Both the position numbers and the translations under genes were made by a program. A DNA stretch of 18,795 nt, taken from NCBI GenBank assembly GCA_048939465.1, contig JBHLPL010000032.1:1-18795 (forward strand). Reading direction: 5' to 3'. Shown one piece after another: positions 1 through 8,008 of the stretch. The notes under the pieces are model-generated. The model saw only the letters and a list, made by a program, of their open reading frames with translations, was not told where the DNA came from and made no database searches. The first letter of the stretch is position 1. Each line of letters starts with the position of its first letter. This DNA comes from Promethearchaeota archaeon. GTDB lineage: Archaea > Asgardarchaeota > Odinarchaeia > Odinarchaeales > JBHLKK01.

Positions 1-1
1 G

Positions 2-3000
2 GAGGGTGATTCCGAAGCTTTAATAGTGAACTCAACCATGGACGTTCAGGTCACTAGCGCAAAGAACATAACTATTAAAGATTCTTCTTTTGTCGGCATA
101 GAATCCGCGATTTCACACGGCCTTCATGTTGAATGGCTGTGGTGTGATCATTCGTCTGTAAACCTAACTGATATAAATTACGCCACATTGATTAATGATC
201 ATTCTATGATGGGTGTGATCATTCATGAGTATTTCAGCTCATTCACGGTCAATGCTACCCTTGAAGCTGATGCCCAAGCAGACATAGAATGGCCAGGACC
301 ATCCGACACAGATCCCATAGAGATTGCAGTTCTCAACACAACTTCTCCGTCTCTGGGTGACTTCTCGCCTTTCGACAGATATATTTATGCCTCTTCAAAC
401 GATATCATTAATTCATCCGAGATCCGCATATACTATACTGCTGAGGAAATAAGCTCCCTTGGACTGGATGAGAACAGACTCAGAATGTTTTACTATAACG
501 GAACTGAATGGGTGCTCTGCGACAATACTGACGTTAACAATGTAAGTCATTATGTCTGGGCAAATGAAACAGTACTAGGATATTATTACTGTATATCCTG
601 TTTCTTAACTGTAACAAATCTGACCGACCCCTCCACTGGTGTCGATTATAGCGATTCTTGCACGATCGGAACGTATCTTAAGGATATAGATGAGAATCCG
701 CTTGAAGGAAAAACTGTTCATTTTGAGTATATGGATGGCGGCTGGAATTACTTAGGTAGTGATACCACAGACTCTGGAGGATATGCCTCTTACACATTTG
801 ACTGCACTATAGTGCCCAGCACCTATCCGCTCAGAGTGCGTTTTGATGGTCAACCTTTTGTGTATTACGCATCAAGCAAAACAGGAACCTTGACTGTCAA
901 TAAGGAGAACGTAACCTTCTCCAATTTTGACCCATATATCGTAGTATATACAGATCCCTATATCCTGTCTGTGGATATAAGGGATCATGACAACTATGCC
1001 AACTATCAGAACCTGGATGGTGGCGTCTTATTCGACCTCTATGATTCCACTGGCACCTCAATCATAAAGTCTCTCGGGAGCGGAACGATTTCAAGTGGCG
1101 CAGCAACAATATCGTGGAAGATTGATGTTTTGCCGAATGACTACAAAGTCCGAGTTTACTATGCTGGCAACACTTACTACAACCTATCAGAGCAATTCTT
1201 TGACCTTACGGTCAATAAAGAGGATACTTCATTCTACAACTACAGTCCTTCCGCAATGACCTACGACGATACAGTTACAATAAGTGTTGATCTGCGAGAT
1301 GCCGATAATGCCAGCCACTACGAAAATCTGGACGGAGAGACAGTATACTTTGAGCTGTATGATTCCACCGGAACAACCTTCATAAAAAATCTGGGCTCTG
1401 AAGTGTTAGCCAGCGGTACTGCGTCAATAATGTGGACTGTTGATGAGACCGCTGGCGACTACGTTATAAAAATATCCTGGAACGGTAACAACTATTACAA
1501 CTCCTTGGAATACGGTTTCTCGGTTACAATCTATGGCAGACCTACTGAGCTCTCAGACCCTTCAACTTCTGGAACGTATAGCGACTATTCTACTATTACT
1601 ACGCGTCTAACAGATAATGAAAGCAATCCCCTAAGTGGCCAACTGGTCTACTTCGAATATAATGATAGCGGCTGGATGGCCCTGGGAAGCGACACTACGA
1701 ATGCAAGTGGTTATGCGAGCATTACAATCGTCATTAATCTTGAGCCTGGTAACTGGAATATTCGAGCAAGATTTGATGGCGATCCTTACTACGAAAGCTC
1801 GGCCCAAACTGGTACTCTTAATGTCTCAAAGGAGACTACAGAATTATCTGACCCGAGTACTTCAATCGAGTACGGAGATACCGCTGCCATCTCCACAACA
1901 CTTACCGATGATGAAGGAAGTCCTCTATCTGGTCTTCTGGTCTCGTTTGAGCTCAATGTAAGTGGCGGCTGGCAGGGAATTGGAACCGATACTACTGATG
2001 GAAGTGGCGTGGCATCAATTCAATATGCTGCTCTGGAGTTGCCAACCAGCTACTTTCTGCGAGTAATCTTTGTAGGGGATAGCTATTATTTGGCAGACAC
2101 CTATCCAAACGGAGTCCTAACGATTAGTAAAGAACAGACTCAGCTAACTGATCCGTCAGCCTCTGGTTTCTACGGTGAAAACGTGACCGTTGAGGTGTAT
2201 CTTACAGACAACGATCCGAACCCCGTACAAGGCGAGATCGTTATTTTTGATTATTATGATGGTGGTTGGATTCTGCTGGGCAGCAACACAACAAATTCAA
2301 GCGGCTATGCAAGCATCGTGGTCCTTCTTTCGATATCCGAAGGCAATTATACCTTGAGAGCACGCTTTAGCAGTACTGATTACTACAGCGGTTCTTCAAG
2401 GTCTGGCTTTCTCCTGGTCGGAAAGAAAACCACTCAACTCTCAGACCCATCTTCTGAAGTTGAACATACCGACTTTGTTGTTATGGAAGCCCAACTTGAA
2501 GACGACGATCTAAATCCAATCGATGGCAAACAGGTTGGTTTCTATTATTGGAATGGCTCGAATTGGAAGCTGATAGGAACAGATCTGACAAACTCCAGTG
2601 GCTGGGCCTCGTACGGATTTACGTGCCCATGGCTTCCGGGTACCCACCAGATCAGGGCCTGGTTTGCCGGAGATTCTAATTACACGTCTTCGTTCCGTAA
2701 CGGCAGTCTGACAGTGTTTAAAGAGAGTTCTATGCTTTCCAATCCTAGCCTGAGCGGTGCCTACTCCGACATGATAACGATAAGTACTATTCTAACCGAC
2801 GGAGATAGCCCATCTGCTATTGCGGGGAGGACAGTAGTCTTTGAGTATTATGACATCCTGTTTGACGAATGGCGTCTTCTCGGGACTGGCAGTGCTTCTA
2901 CTGATGCCAATGGCAAAGCAGAACTGAACCTCACCATAGATTTCATGCCAGGCCAACTGGCTATTCGTGCTAGATTCGAAGGAGACAGCTACTTCAACAG

Positions 3001-3499
3001 TACCTCCACAACCGGAACTCTCACGGTAGTCAAGGAGATTACTGATATTACAGTCGTATCGATGCCTAGCACAATAACTGGAGGATCTGCCTTTACAATT
3101 GTTATCTCTCTTGCTGACGATGATGGTAATCCTGTGGGAAGCATTCGTGTGCGTCTCTACGTAGACGGAGTGCTCCGCAAGGAGGAGTATACAAATGACG
3201 ACGGACAGGCCCAGTTTACGCTGAGCTTGCCTCAAGGCAATTACACAATAAGGTTCAGCGGAGAAGGCAACGCTTACTACCAAAGCAGCGAATTCAGCGA
3301 TACCATTGAGGTGGGATCTGGTCTCGGAATATTCGGTCAACCGCTTTTCTACATAGCAATTGCCGTTCCGATCTGTGCGATTGCTGTTGTAGCGTACCTA
3401 TATAAAAATAAAATCTTCCCCTTTAAGAGAACATATCAACTGATTCAGGTGCAAAACCCTTATATTAAACAAGCACCAAACATAAAGAAGGGAGCATAG
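2..3499 (+). CDS. Large membrane-anchored surface glycoprotein (5'-truncated by the window): PGF-pre-PGF-like domain, about 9 tandem ~100-aa Ig-like repeats, C-terminal TM helix
   Basis: Frame is open from position 2 (GAG GGT GAT...), so GTG at 26 is probably not the true start. Repeats follow the pattern T.LSDPS...Y.D...I...L.D....P..G..V.F.Y....W..LG.D.T...G.A......R..F.GD.YY..S...G.L.V.KE. Many N-x-S/T sequons; hydrophobic LFYIAIAVPICAIAVVAYLY followed by KNK. Confidence 0.9.
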   Translation, partial: EGDSEALIVNSTMDVQVTSAKNITIKDSSFVGIESAISHGLHVEWLWCDHSSVNLTDINYATLINDHSMMGVIIHEYFSSFTVNATLEADAQADIEWPGPSDTDPIEIAVLNTTSPSLGDFSPFDRYIYASSNDIINSSEIRIYYTAEEISSLGLDENRLRMFYYNGTEWVLCDNTDVNNVSHYVWANETVLGYYYCISCFLTVTNLTDPSTGVDYSDSCTIGTYLKDIDENPLEGKTVHFEYMDGGWNYLGSDTTDSGGYASYTFDCTIVPSTYPLRVRFDGQPFVYYASSKTGTLTVNKENVTFSNFDPYIVVYTDPYILSVDIRDHDNYANYQNLDGGVLFDLYDSTGTSIIKSLGSGTISSGAATISWKIDVLPNDYKVRVYYAGNTYYNLSEQFFDLTVNKEDTSFYNYSPSAMTYDDTVTISVDLRDADNASHYENLDGETVYFELYDSTGTTFIKNLGSEVLASGTASIMWTVDETAGDYVIKISWNGNNYYNSLEYGFSVTIYGRPTELSDPSTSGTYSDYSTITTRLTDNESNPLSGQLVYFEYNDSGWMALGSDTTNASGYASITIVINLEPGNWNIRARFDGDPYYESSAQTGTLNVSKETTELSDPSTSIEYGDTAAISTTLTDDEGSPLSGLLVSFELNVSGGWQGIGTDTTDGSGVASIQYAALELPTSYFLRVIFVGDSYYLADTYPNGVLTISKEQTQLTDPSASGFYGENVTVEVYLTDNDPNPVQGEIVIFDYYDGGWILLGSNTTNSSGYASIVVLLSISEGNYTLRARFSSTDYYSGSSRSGFLLVGKKTTQLSDPSSEVEHTDFVVMEAQLEDDDLNPIDGKQVGFYYWNGSNWKLIGTDLTNSSGWASYGFTCPWLPGTHQIRAWFAGDSNYTSSFRNGSLTVFKESSMLSNPSLSGAYSDMITISTILTDGDSPSAIAGRTVVFEYYDILFDEWRLLGTGSASTDANGKAELNLTIDFMPGQLAIRARFEGDSYFNSTSTTGTLTVVKEITDITVVSMPSTITGGSAFTIVISLADDDGNPVGSIRVRLYVDGVLRKEEYTNDDGQAQFTLSLPQGNYTIRFSGEGNAYYQSSEFSDTIEVGSGLGIFGQPLFYIAIAVPICAIAVVAYLYKNKIFPFKRTYQLIQVQNPYIKQAPNIKKGA

Positions 3500-3508
3500 G
3501 AGGGTGCG

Positions 3509-4852
3509 ATGAATTTGAATGTTAAGAAACTCGCAATATTATCCGCCATAACTGTACTATCTCTTACTGGATATCTCATACTCTCATCGATATCGTTTCT
3601 CCTGCCGCTGATTCTGTCTGGTCCTATTGTTATTGCGACCAAAGAACCCCCAAGTGAATATGACATCCTCTTAAAGAAGGCCAAAAAGCAACTAAAGAAA
3701 AGCCAAGTTGAAGTCTCCAAGTTATTACAAACATACAAGGAGATAGCTGGAGACCTGTTAGTTGAGGTCTCGCTACTGGATTTTGGTCGAAAGAAGGAAG
3801 ATGCTACTGCAGAGGATGGATTTAAAGTCTACGATATGGAAAGCTCTCATGCAGGACTGAACTTCCACTCACGTGATGAGCAACTCAAGGCTTTGAAGTA
3901 TGAGGCAAAAGCAATAATTGAAAGCCTAGCAGAGCTGGACAATGTCCCTCGAGATGCTCTGATAGGTAAGCAGGTTGAACCTCCCGTTAAGGTGAAAAAG
4001 GATAAGAATCTCGTTTCTTCTGGTATACCCAGACTGGACGTTGCCTTGGGCGGAGGATTTCCCAGGGGTTCCTCGATACTGCTCGTCGAAGATACCGGTA
4101 CCGGTGGGGATATATTTAGCTATCAATTTCTGCAGAATGGATTTGAATCCGGAGAAAGTGGATACTGCTTCTCAACGGACTTGGCCCCAAACCTCATCGT
4201 CAAAGAGTTGGAACGTAGAGGGATGAATACAGATTCATACGATAAGAAAGAGAGATTCATCCTTCTGGACGCCTACACCTACCCCGCCCTGATTACAAGA
4301 AAAACCATTAAGAAAGGCAGTAAGAAGAAAAAGAAAGAAAAAACCAAGCCCGAGGAATCCTCTGAAGTCTCTGTATCTGCCGATCCACGAAAGGTTGTAA
4401 CACTAATTACGACAATCCTTAATAAACTGGGCAAAAAGAAGATCAGAGGTTGCTTCTACACATATACAACCTATATCATGGGTCTGAAAGCAGACGATGC
4501 TATTAACTTGTTCCGTCGCCTGAGAGTTCTCGATAAAGAGTGTAACTCTACAAGCATCTATGTCGTCCACAAAGGACTGCACAACACAAGAATCATGGCA
4601 AGTCTGGAGCATATGGCCGATGGCGTTGTTGAGCTTTCTGTCAAGGAAGGTATTAAGGGCCAGCTGGAAAGATACATCAGGGTGCGCAGTATGAGAGGCC
4701 GTGACTTTGATGATGCTCCTATTCCCTACAATGTCTTGGGAAGGGATATCCGACCGATGGAAGACACTCAGATACGCCACAAGGCCCCTGAGGAATCAGA
4801 GATTGATATTGAGAAGGTTAAGGCTAAGCTCAATTCCTTCTATGAATCCTAG
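3509..4852 (+). CDS. Membrane-anchored KaiC/RAD55-like (RecA-superfamily) protein with degenerate Walker motifs
   Basis: N-terminal TM helix. SSGIPRLDVALGGGFPRGSSILL and ADGVVELS...RYIRVRSMRG are KaiC/RAD55 hallmarks. Walker A reads EDTGTGGD (no Lys) and the Walker B position lacks Asp. RBS GGAGGGTG upstream; 9 nt after the previous stop. Confidence 0.85.
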   Translation: MNLNVKKLAILSAITVLSLTGYLILSSISFLLPLILSGPIVIATKEPPSEYDILLKKAKKQLKKSQVEVSKLLQTYKEIAGDLLVEVSLLDFGRKKEDATAEDGFKVYDMESSHAGLNFHSRDEQLKALKYEAKAIIESLAELDNVPRDALIGKQVEPPVKVKKDKNLVSSGIPRLDVALGGGFPRGSSILLVEDTGTGGDIFSYQFLQNGFESGESGYCFSTDLAPNLIVKELERRGMNTDSYDKKERFILLDAYTYPALITRKTIKKGSKKKKKEKTKPEESSEVSVSADPRKVVTLITTILNKLGKKKIRGCFYTYTTYIMGLKADDAINLFRRLRVLDKECNSTSIYVVHKGLHNTRIMASLEHMADGVVELSVKEGIKGQLERYIRVRSMRGRDFDDAPIPYNVLGRDIRPMEDTQIRHKAPEESEIDIEKVKAKLNSFYES

Positions 4853-4858
4853 GGCTCA
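4833..4858 (+). other. Weak candidate 26-nt BHB intron spanning the stop codon of the KaiC-like gene
   Basis: Central helix AGCU(4827-30)/GGCU(4853-56), CAA bulges on both strands, 2-bp flanking helices containing G.U, GCTCAAT direct repeat. Excision gives ...KLNDD* (stop 4867-69). Confidence 0.3.
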
Positions 4859-5000
4859 ATGACGACTAGCAGCAACTTTTGAGTAGAGGAGCTTTGGGAT
4901 AAAACACATCCCCTTTCAGTTTTCTGATATTCTCTCACTGTCCAGTGGTTGTTATCCCCTTCTTTGTCTGATGTGAGAAAACCTCTTCCCGCAAGGAACT

Positions 5001-5016
5001 AAAAAAACATATAAGT
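5001..5016 (+). promoter_or_regulatory. Putative BRE/TATA promoter of the Yip1-domain gene
   Basis: A-tract followed by CATATAAG about 50 nt upstream of the TTG start. Confidence 0.5.
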
Positions 5017-5062
5017 TAATGATTCCCTTTATTCCATAGCTAGAAACGGACGGGATAAGAAC

Positions 5063-5752
5063 TTGAGTGATGAAAAAGTCGAGATTGAGAGGCTCAAGGA
5101 AGAATTGGAAAGCATCCGGTCTCAGATTCAGTATCTGAAGGAGCGAGCCGCTCGTGGAGAGATATCCACTCTGGATTTCGTAGGTGAGAAGAAAAGGCTG
5201 GAAGCAATCTTACTGCGTCTGATTAGAAAGCTGGATGAGTTTAAAGGAGAGGTACCTCCTACCCCGCCTGCGCCTCCTCTGTTTGGTAAGGTCATGGGTG
5301 TCTTATCAGTAGACGAACTCTGTTATAGGCAAATCCTGAATGATGATACGGGAGCCGCCGTAGGCATTGCCTTTCTAGTAATCGGCAGCTTGCTGCTGGG
5401 CGTAACTGCAAGTCTATCTACGTTGCCCTTGATCGGTCTATTGGATCCGAGAATCAGAGCTATTGTCGGGTTTGTAGGCCCTCTGGCTCTGGGCTTGGTC
5501 TTTGCCAAGGTTGTAGGGGGTTCGAAGGGAATATCGCTCTCCAGAAGCATATCCCTTATTGGCTTTGCCTCATCCCCCCTGCTATTCCTCGTAATCTGGT
5601 TGGCATTCCATTTCCCCCTCGTTCCGTATACAAACGAACTTACTGTGATGGCAGCCAACATTATTACAGCATTGATTCCTTTGGCCTGGACAATTATTGC
5701 TGAATTCAAAGCTCTGGGTGTAATGTCAAAGGAATCCCTGCAAAGAACTTGA
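5063..5752 (+). CDS. SHOCT-like/coiled-coil + Yip1-domain membrane protein (possibly extends to 5907 after splicing)
   Basis: N-terminal QYLKERAARGEISTLDFVGEKKRL resembles the SHOCT pattern; Pro linker; Yip1-like start LFGKVMGVLSVDELCYRQI followed by four TM helices. The unspliced ORF lacks the usual last Yip1 helix. Confidence 0.7.
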   Translation: MSDEKVEIERLKEELESIRSQIQYLKERAARGEISTLDFVGEKKRLEAILLRLIRKLDEFKGEVPPTPPAPPLFGKVMGVLSVDELCYRQILNDDTGAAVGIAFLVIGSLLLGVTASLSTLPLIGLLDPRIRAIVGFVGPLALGLVFAKVVGGSKGISLSRSISLIGFASSPLLFLVIWLAFHFPLVPYTNELTVMAANIITALIPLAWTIIAEFKALGVMSKESLQRT

Positions 5753-5772
5753 ATGGAAAACCGGGGCCTTCT
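5735..5772 (+). other. Candidate 38-nt BHB-like (bulge-helix-loop) intron in the Yip1 gene
   Basis: Central helix AAGG(5729-32)/CCUU(5767-70), AAU bulge, 5-bp intron stem CCCUG/CGGGG. Excision joins GAA|TCG in frame to SFIMYLFVSIIGF..., stop 5905-07. Confidence 0.5.
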
Positions 5773-5899
5773 TCGTTTATCATGTACTTATTCGTTAGTA
5801 TAATCGGCTTTTCTAAACTAAGCTACTCATCGATATGGTTAAATAACATCAAACATAAAGAGGTTAGTAGTAAAACCGGACAAATCAGTGTGAGTTACC

Positions 5900-6571
5900 A
5901 TGACTAGTGGTGAAATTAAAGCAGGGATAGTGATATCGTCGATTCTCAAAGAATTCCCTGAGATTTATATAAGCAGAGAGAAGGATTCAGGTGGTGCAGC
6001 AAAGTATCGAGTAGAGAGCCCGGAAGCATCCTTATGCGAATTCACGATCTCAAATGAAGAAATAAAGATCGCATCAGACTCTAGCTTTGGTGGAGGAGAA
6101 AAGGAGAGTGCAATCAGACACCAAATAGAAAGTCTTCTGAAGACGCTCAAGATTCCTTCTGAAGCTCTTGAAATGCCCGCTGCAAAAGCCGTGGCGTTTT
6201 CAACCCCATCCATGCAAGCTACGTCCGTAGCGGCACCCCCACCAGCTCCGGCCCCTACAGTACCGACGGCCGAATCAGATGCACCAGGTACAAAACCACT
6301 TGATATCAATGGAGTCCAGTTCATGCCTATCACAGGCTTGGTTCCCATACCTTCGACGTCCTATGTTGCCCAAATCGGGAAGATAGGCGATTCTTGGGGA
6401 GTTGGAGTATTTAGAGGAAGGCGAAGCATAGGGATTGAAAGAGTCTCCGAGCTCGAAAAAAACCTAGTTGTAGGTGCCATGCAGAAAATTATTGTCATTC
6501 CGCTGTTTTCCCCCTATGCAATGTCAAGAGCTGTTGATCGCCTAATGAAGATGGCCAGAGAACCAGAATAA
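5900..6571 (+). CDS. Hypothetical two-domain protein with Pro/Ala-rich linker
   Basis: 223-aa ORF with natural composition; two globular-looking segments separated by AAPPPAPAPTVPT. Confidence 0.8.
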   Translation: MTSGEIKAGIVISSILKEFPEIYISREKDSGGAAKYRVESPEASLCEFTISNEEIKIASDSSFGGGEKESAIRHQIESLLKTLKIPSEALEMPAAKAVAFSTPSMQATSVAAPPPAPAPTVPTAESDAPGTKPLDINGVQFMPITGLVPIPSTSYVAQIGKIGDSWGVGVFRGRRSIGIERVSELEKNLVVGAMQKIIVIPLFSPYAMSRAVDRLMKMAREPE

Positions 6572-6753
6572 TCAGATTATGATCCTCCAAAAGGCTCCAG
6601 TGTTCCATTCTCTCCTTGCTCCGACTTATTTTCGTCCCAGTCTGTCCGCCAATTCCAGAAAGCGATACGACCTGACATCTGGAATTCTTCACCGACCTCC
6701 TCCTTCTGCTTTAGGATTCTAGAATCCAAAGAAGTGGACAGACAAGGCCGTGG

Positions 6754-7452
6754 TCACCCTATCTCTCGGACTGAGCCTCCTTTTGTCACGTACGGGATCC
6801 AGTTCGAAGGAGGGACGCTTAGTCTTCTCTTAATTCTAAGCATGGGCCGCTCTTTACCTTCATACTCTCTAATCCTGAATTCCATTGCAACATCTGCGCT
6901 ATACTCTATCATCCTTGCGCATTTCTCATCCACGCTTTCTGGAACCAGTAAAAACACGATGCAGCCATACTTTTTGGTAATCTCTCGCATAAGCAAACCG
7001 AAGCCGACTGCATGTCGGAGAGTAAAAAGAGTGGATAGAGTCAGCATTGAATCTACCACACATACGGTCCTGTCTTTCATTTTTCCTTCAGTTATTTCGT
7101 TGATCTCTCTGAAGGCTTTCATGACCTCACGACCGCTGGAAGGATTTGTTATAGTAAGAGGGGCGGTTTTTTCGGCAAACTTGAAGCAGTTTACAAAGAA
7201 AAGCTTCTGCTCTTCTTCAAACTTCGTCGCGATTATTCCAGAGATCTTCAACTGTTCTCGCAGTAGGTCAGGAGAGTGACCGAAAGACATGATTACGCCA
7301 TAATTGCCCTTCTCTAATTCATGAGAGATTATGCTGGAAACCAGTGTCCATCCACTAGCCGTTGAAGTATCATTCATGGCTACAAGACTCTGTTGCGGAA
7401 ACCCTCCCCCGAGCAGTTTATCCAGAACGGGGAAATGTGTTTTTAGCCTCAA
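6754..7452 (-). CDS. Stand-alone KaiC/RAD55-like protein with degenerate Walker A (possibly extends to 6577 after splicing)
   Basis: KTHFPVLDKLLGGGFPQQS; Walker A reads NDTSTASG; Walker B VCVVDS is intact; IEYSADVAMEFR. TTG start with GGGAG upstream. Confidence 0.85.
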   Translation of the reverse strand: MRLKTHFPVLDKLLGGGFPQQSLVAMNDTSTASGWTLVSSIISHELEKGNYGVIMSFGHSPDLLREQLKISGIIATKFEEEQKLFFVNCFKFAEKTAPLTITNPSSGREVMKAFREINEITEGKMKDRTVCVVDSMLTLSTLFTLRHAVGFGLLMREITKKYGCIVFLLVPESVDEKCARMIEYSADVAMEFRIREYEGKERPMLRIKRRLSVPPSNWIPYVTKGGSVREIG

Positions 7453-7589
7453 TTTAGACTCCCGGTCAATTAAATTGTCTACTCATCCAGTATCTCATTC
7501 ATTGTATAATTGTCTTTTCATCTTGAATAAGGGCTGGAGATTCCATTCTTAAGAGTGGGCAAGAAAGCTAGCTTCTAACCAATGTTGAG

Positions 7590-7597
7590 TTTTAAAG
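7590..7597 (+). promoter_or_regulatory. Putative TATA box for the candidate ncRNA
   Basis: TTTTAAAG about 25 nt upstream of the GC-rich structured block starting near 7620. Confidence 0.4.
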
Positions 7598-7619
7598 TTT
7601 TGATACCGGTTGATAACGT

Positions 7620-7830
7620 GGGTGGAGCGTTAAGACGACTGTCATCGCTGCCAGATCAGCTCTGGTGCGGGAGCATTTTCAAAGTCCCGCCCTCTTTCCC
7701 AGTTTGCTAGAACGGGAGTCTCGGTAAACAGGCTCTTTCGTGCGCGTGATGAAGTTCCAAAGTGGTGTGGTACACTATACTTGGCCCCTGACGAAAGACT
7801 CCACGCGATAGCTGGAAGCGGTTGACATTT
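7620..7830 (+). ncRNA. Candidate unclassified structured RNA with a box C/D-type kink-turn
   Basis: Closing stem GUGGAG/CUCCAC; hairpins CCAGA/UCUGG, GCGGGA/UCCCGC and UCCC-GUUU/GAAC-GGGA; stem CUUUCG/CGAAAG flanking GUGAUGA(7746-52) and CUGA(7788-91). No ORF >60 aa in the track; upstream TATA, downstream T-rich tract. Confidence 0.5.
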
Positions 7831-8008
7831 AGTTTTCTCTCAGTCCTTTTGTGCTCTCAATAGTGCGTACTGACGTCAGGAAGTTGAGTTACGCATGGAA
7901 AGTTCTTTATATTGATACAGCAAAGCTTTAATTTCATAAACAGACATTTATACCGAATATCCCAAATATTTTACAGGAAAGAATGATTATCTCACGGGGA
8001 AGGCAAAA

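Noticed and set aside
3480-3508. Minimal BHB (CACC:GGUG, AAA and CGA bulges) across the junction of genes 1 and 2
   Set aside because: Flanking helices are only 1 bp, and excision fuses the genes out of frame (N-E-F-E-C-stop). It shows that minimal BHBs arise by chance.
4323-4382. Possible 60-nt in-frame intron removing the Lys-rich insert of the KaiC-like protein
   Set aside because: Only the GCAG:CUGC helix is good; flanks barely pair, and the removed EVSVSADP looks like the family's normal strand.
6495-6692. 65-aa minus ORF with a GGAGG RBS
   Set aside because: It overlaps the convergent gene, and the neighbouring frame (KaiC continuation) looks more protein-like; no family resemblance.
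6754-6756. Selenocysteine recoding of the KaiC-like UGA
   Set aside because: No Cys-equivalent position or redox motif, and no recognisable SECIS core nearby.
7620-7830. Assignment of the structured block to RNase P, SRP, tRNA, SECIS, SAM-I or hammerhead
   Set aside because: Only fragments resemble them (AAAGUCCCGC, minus-strand CCCGCACCA, CUGACGA, GGUGGAG); partner motifs are missing or in the wrong order.
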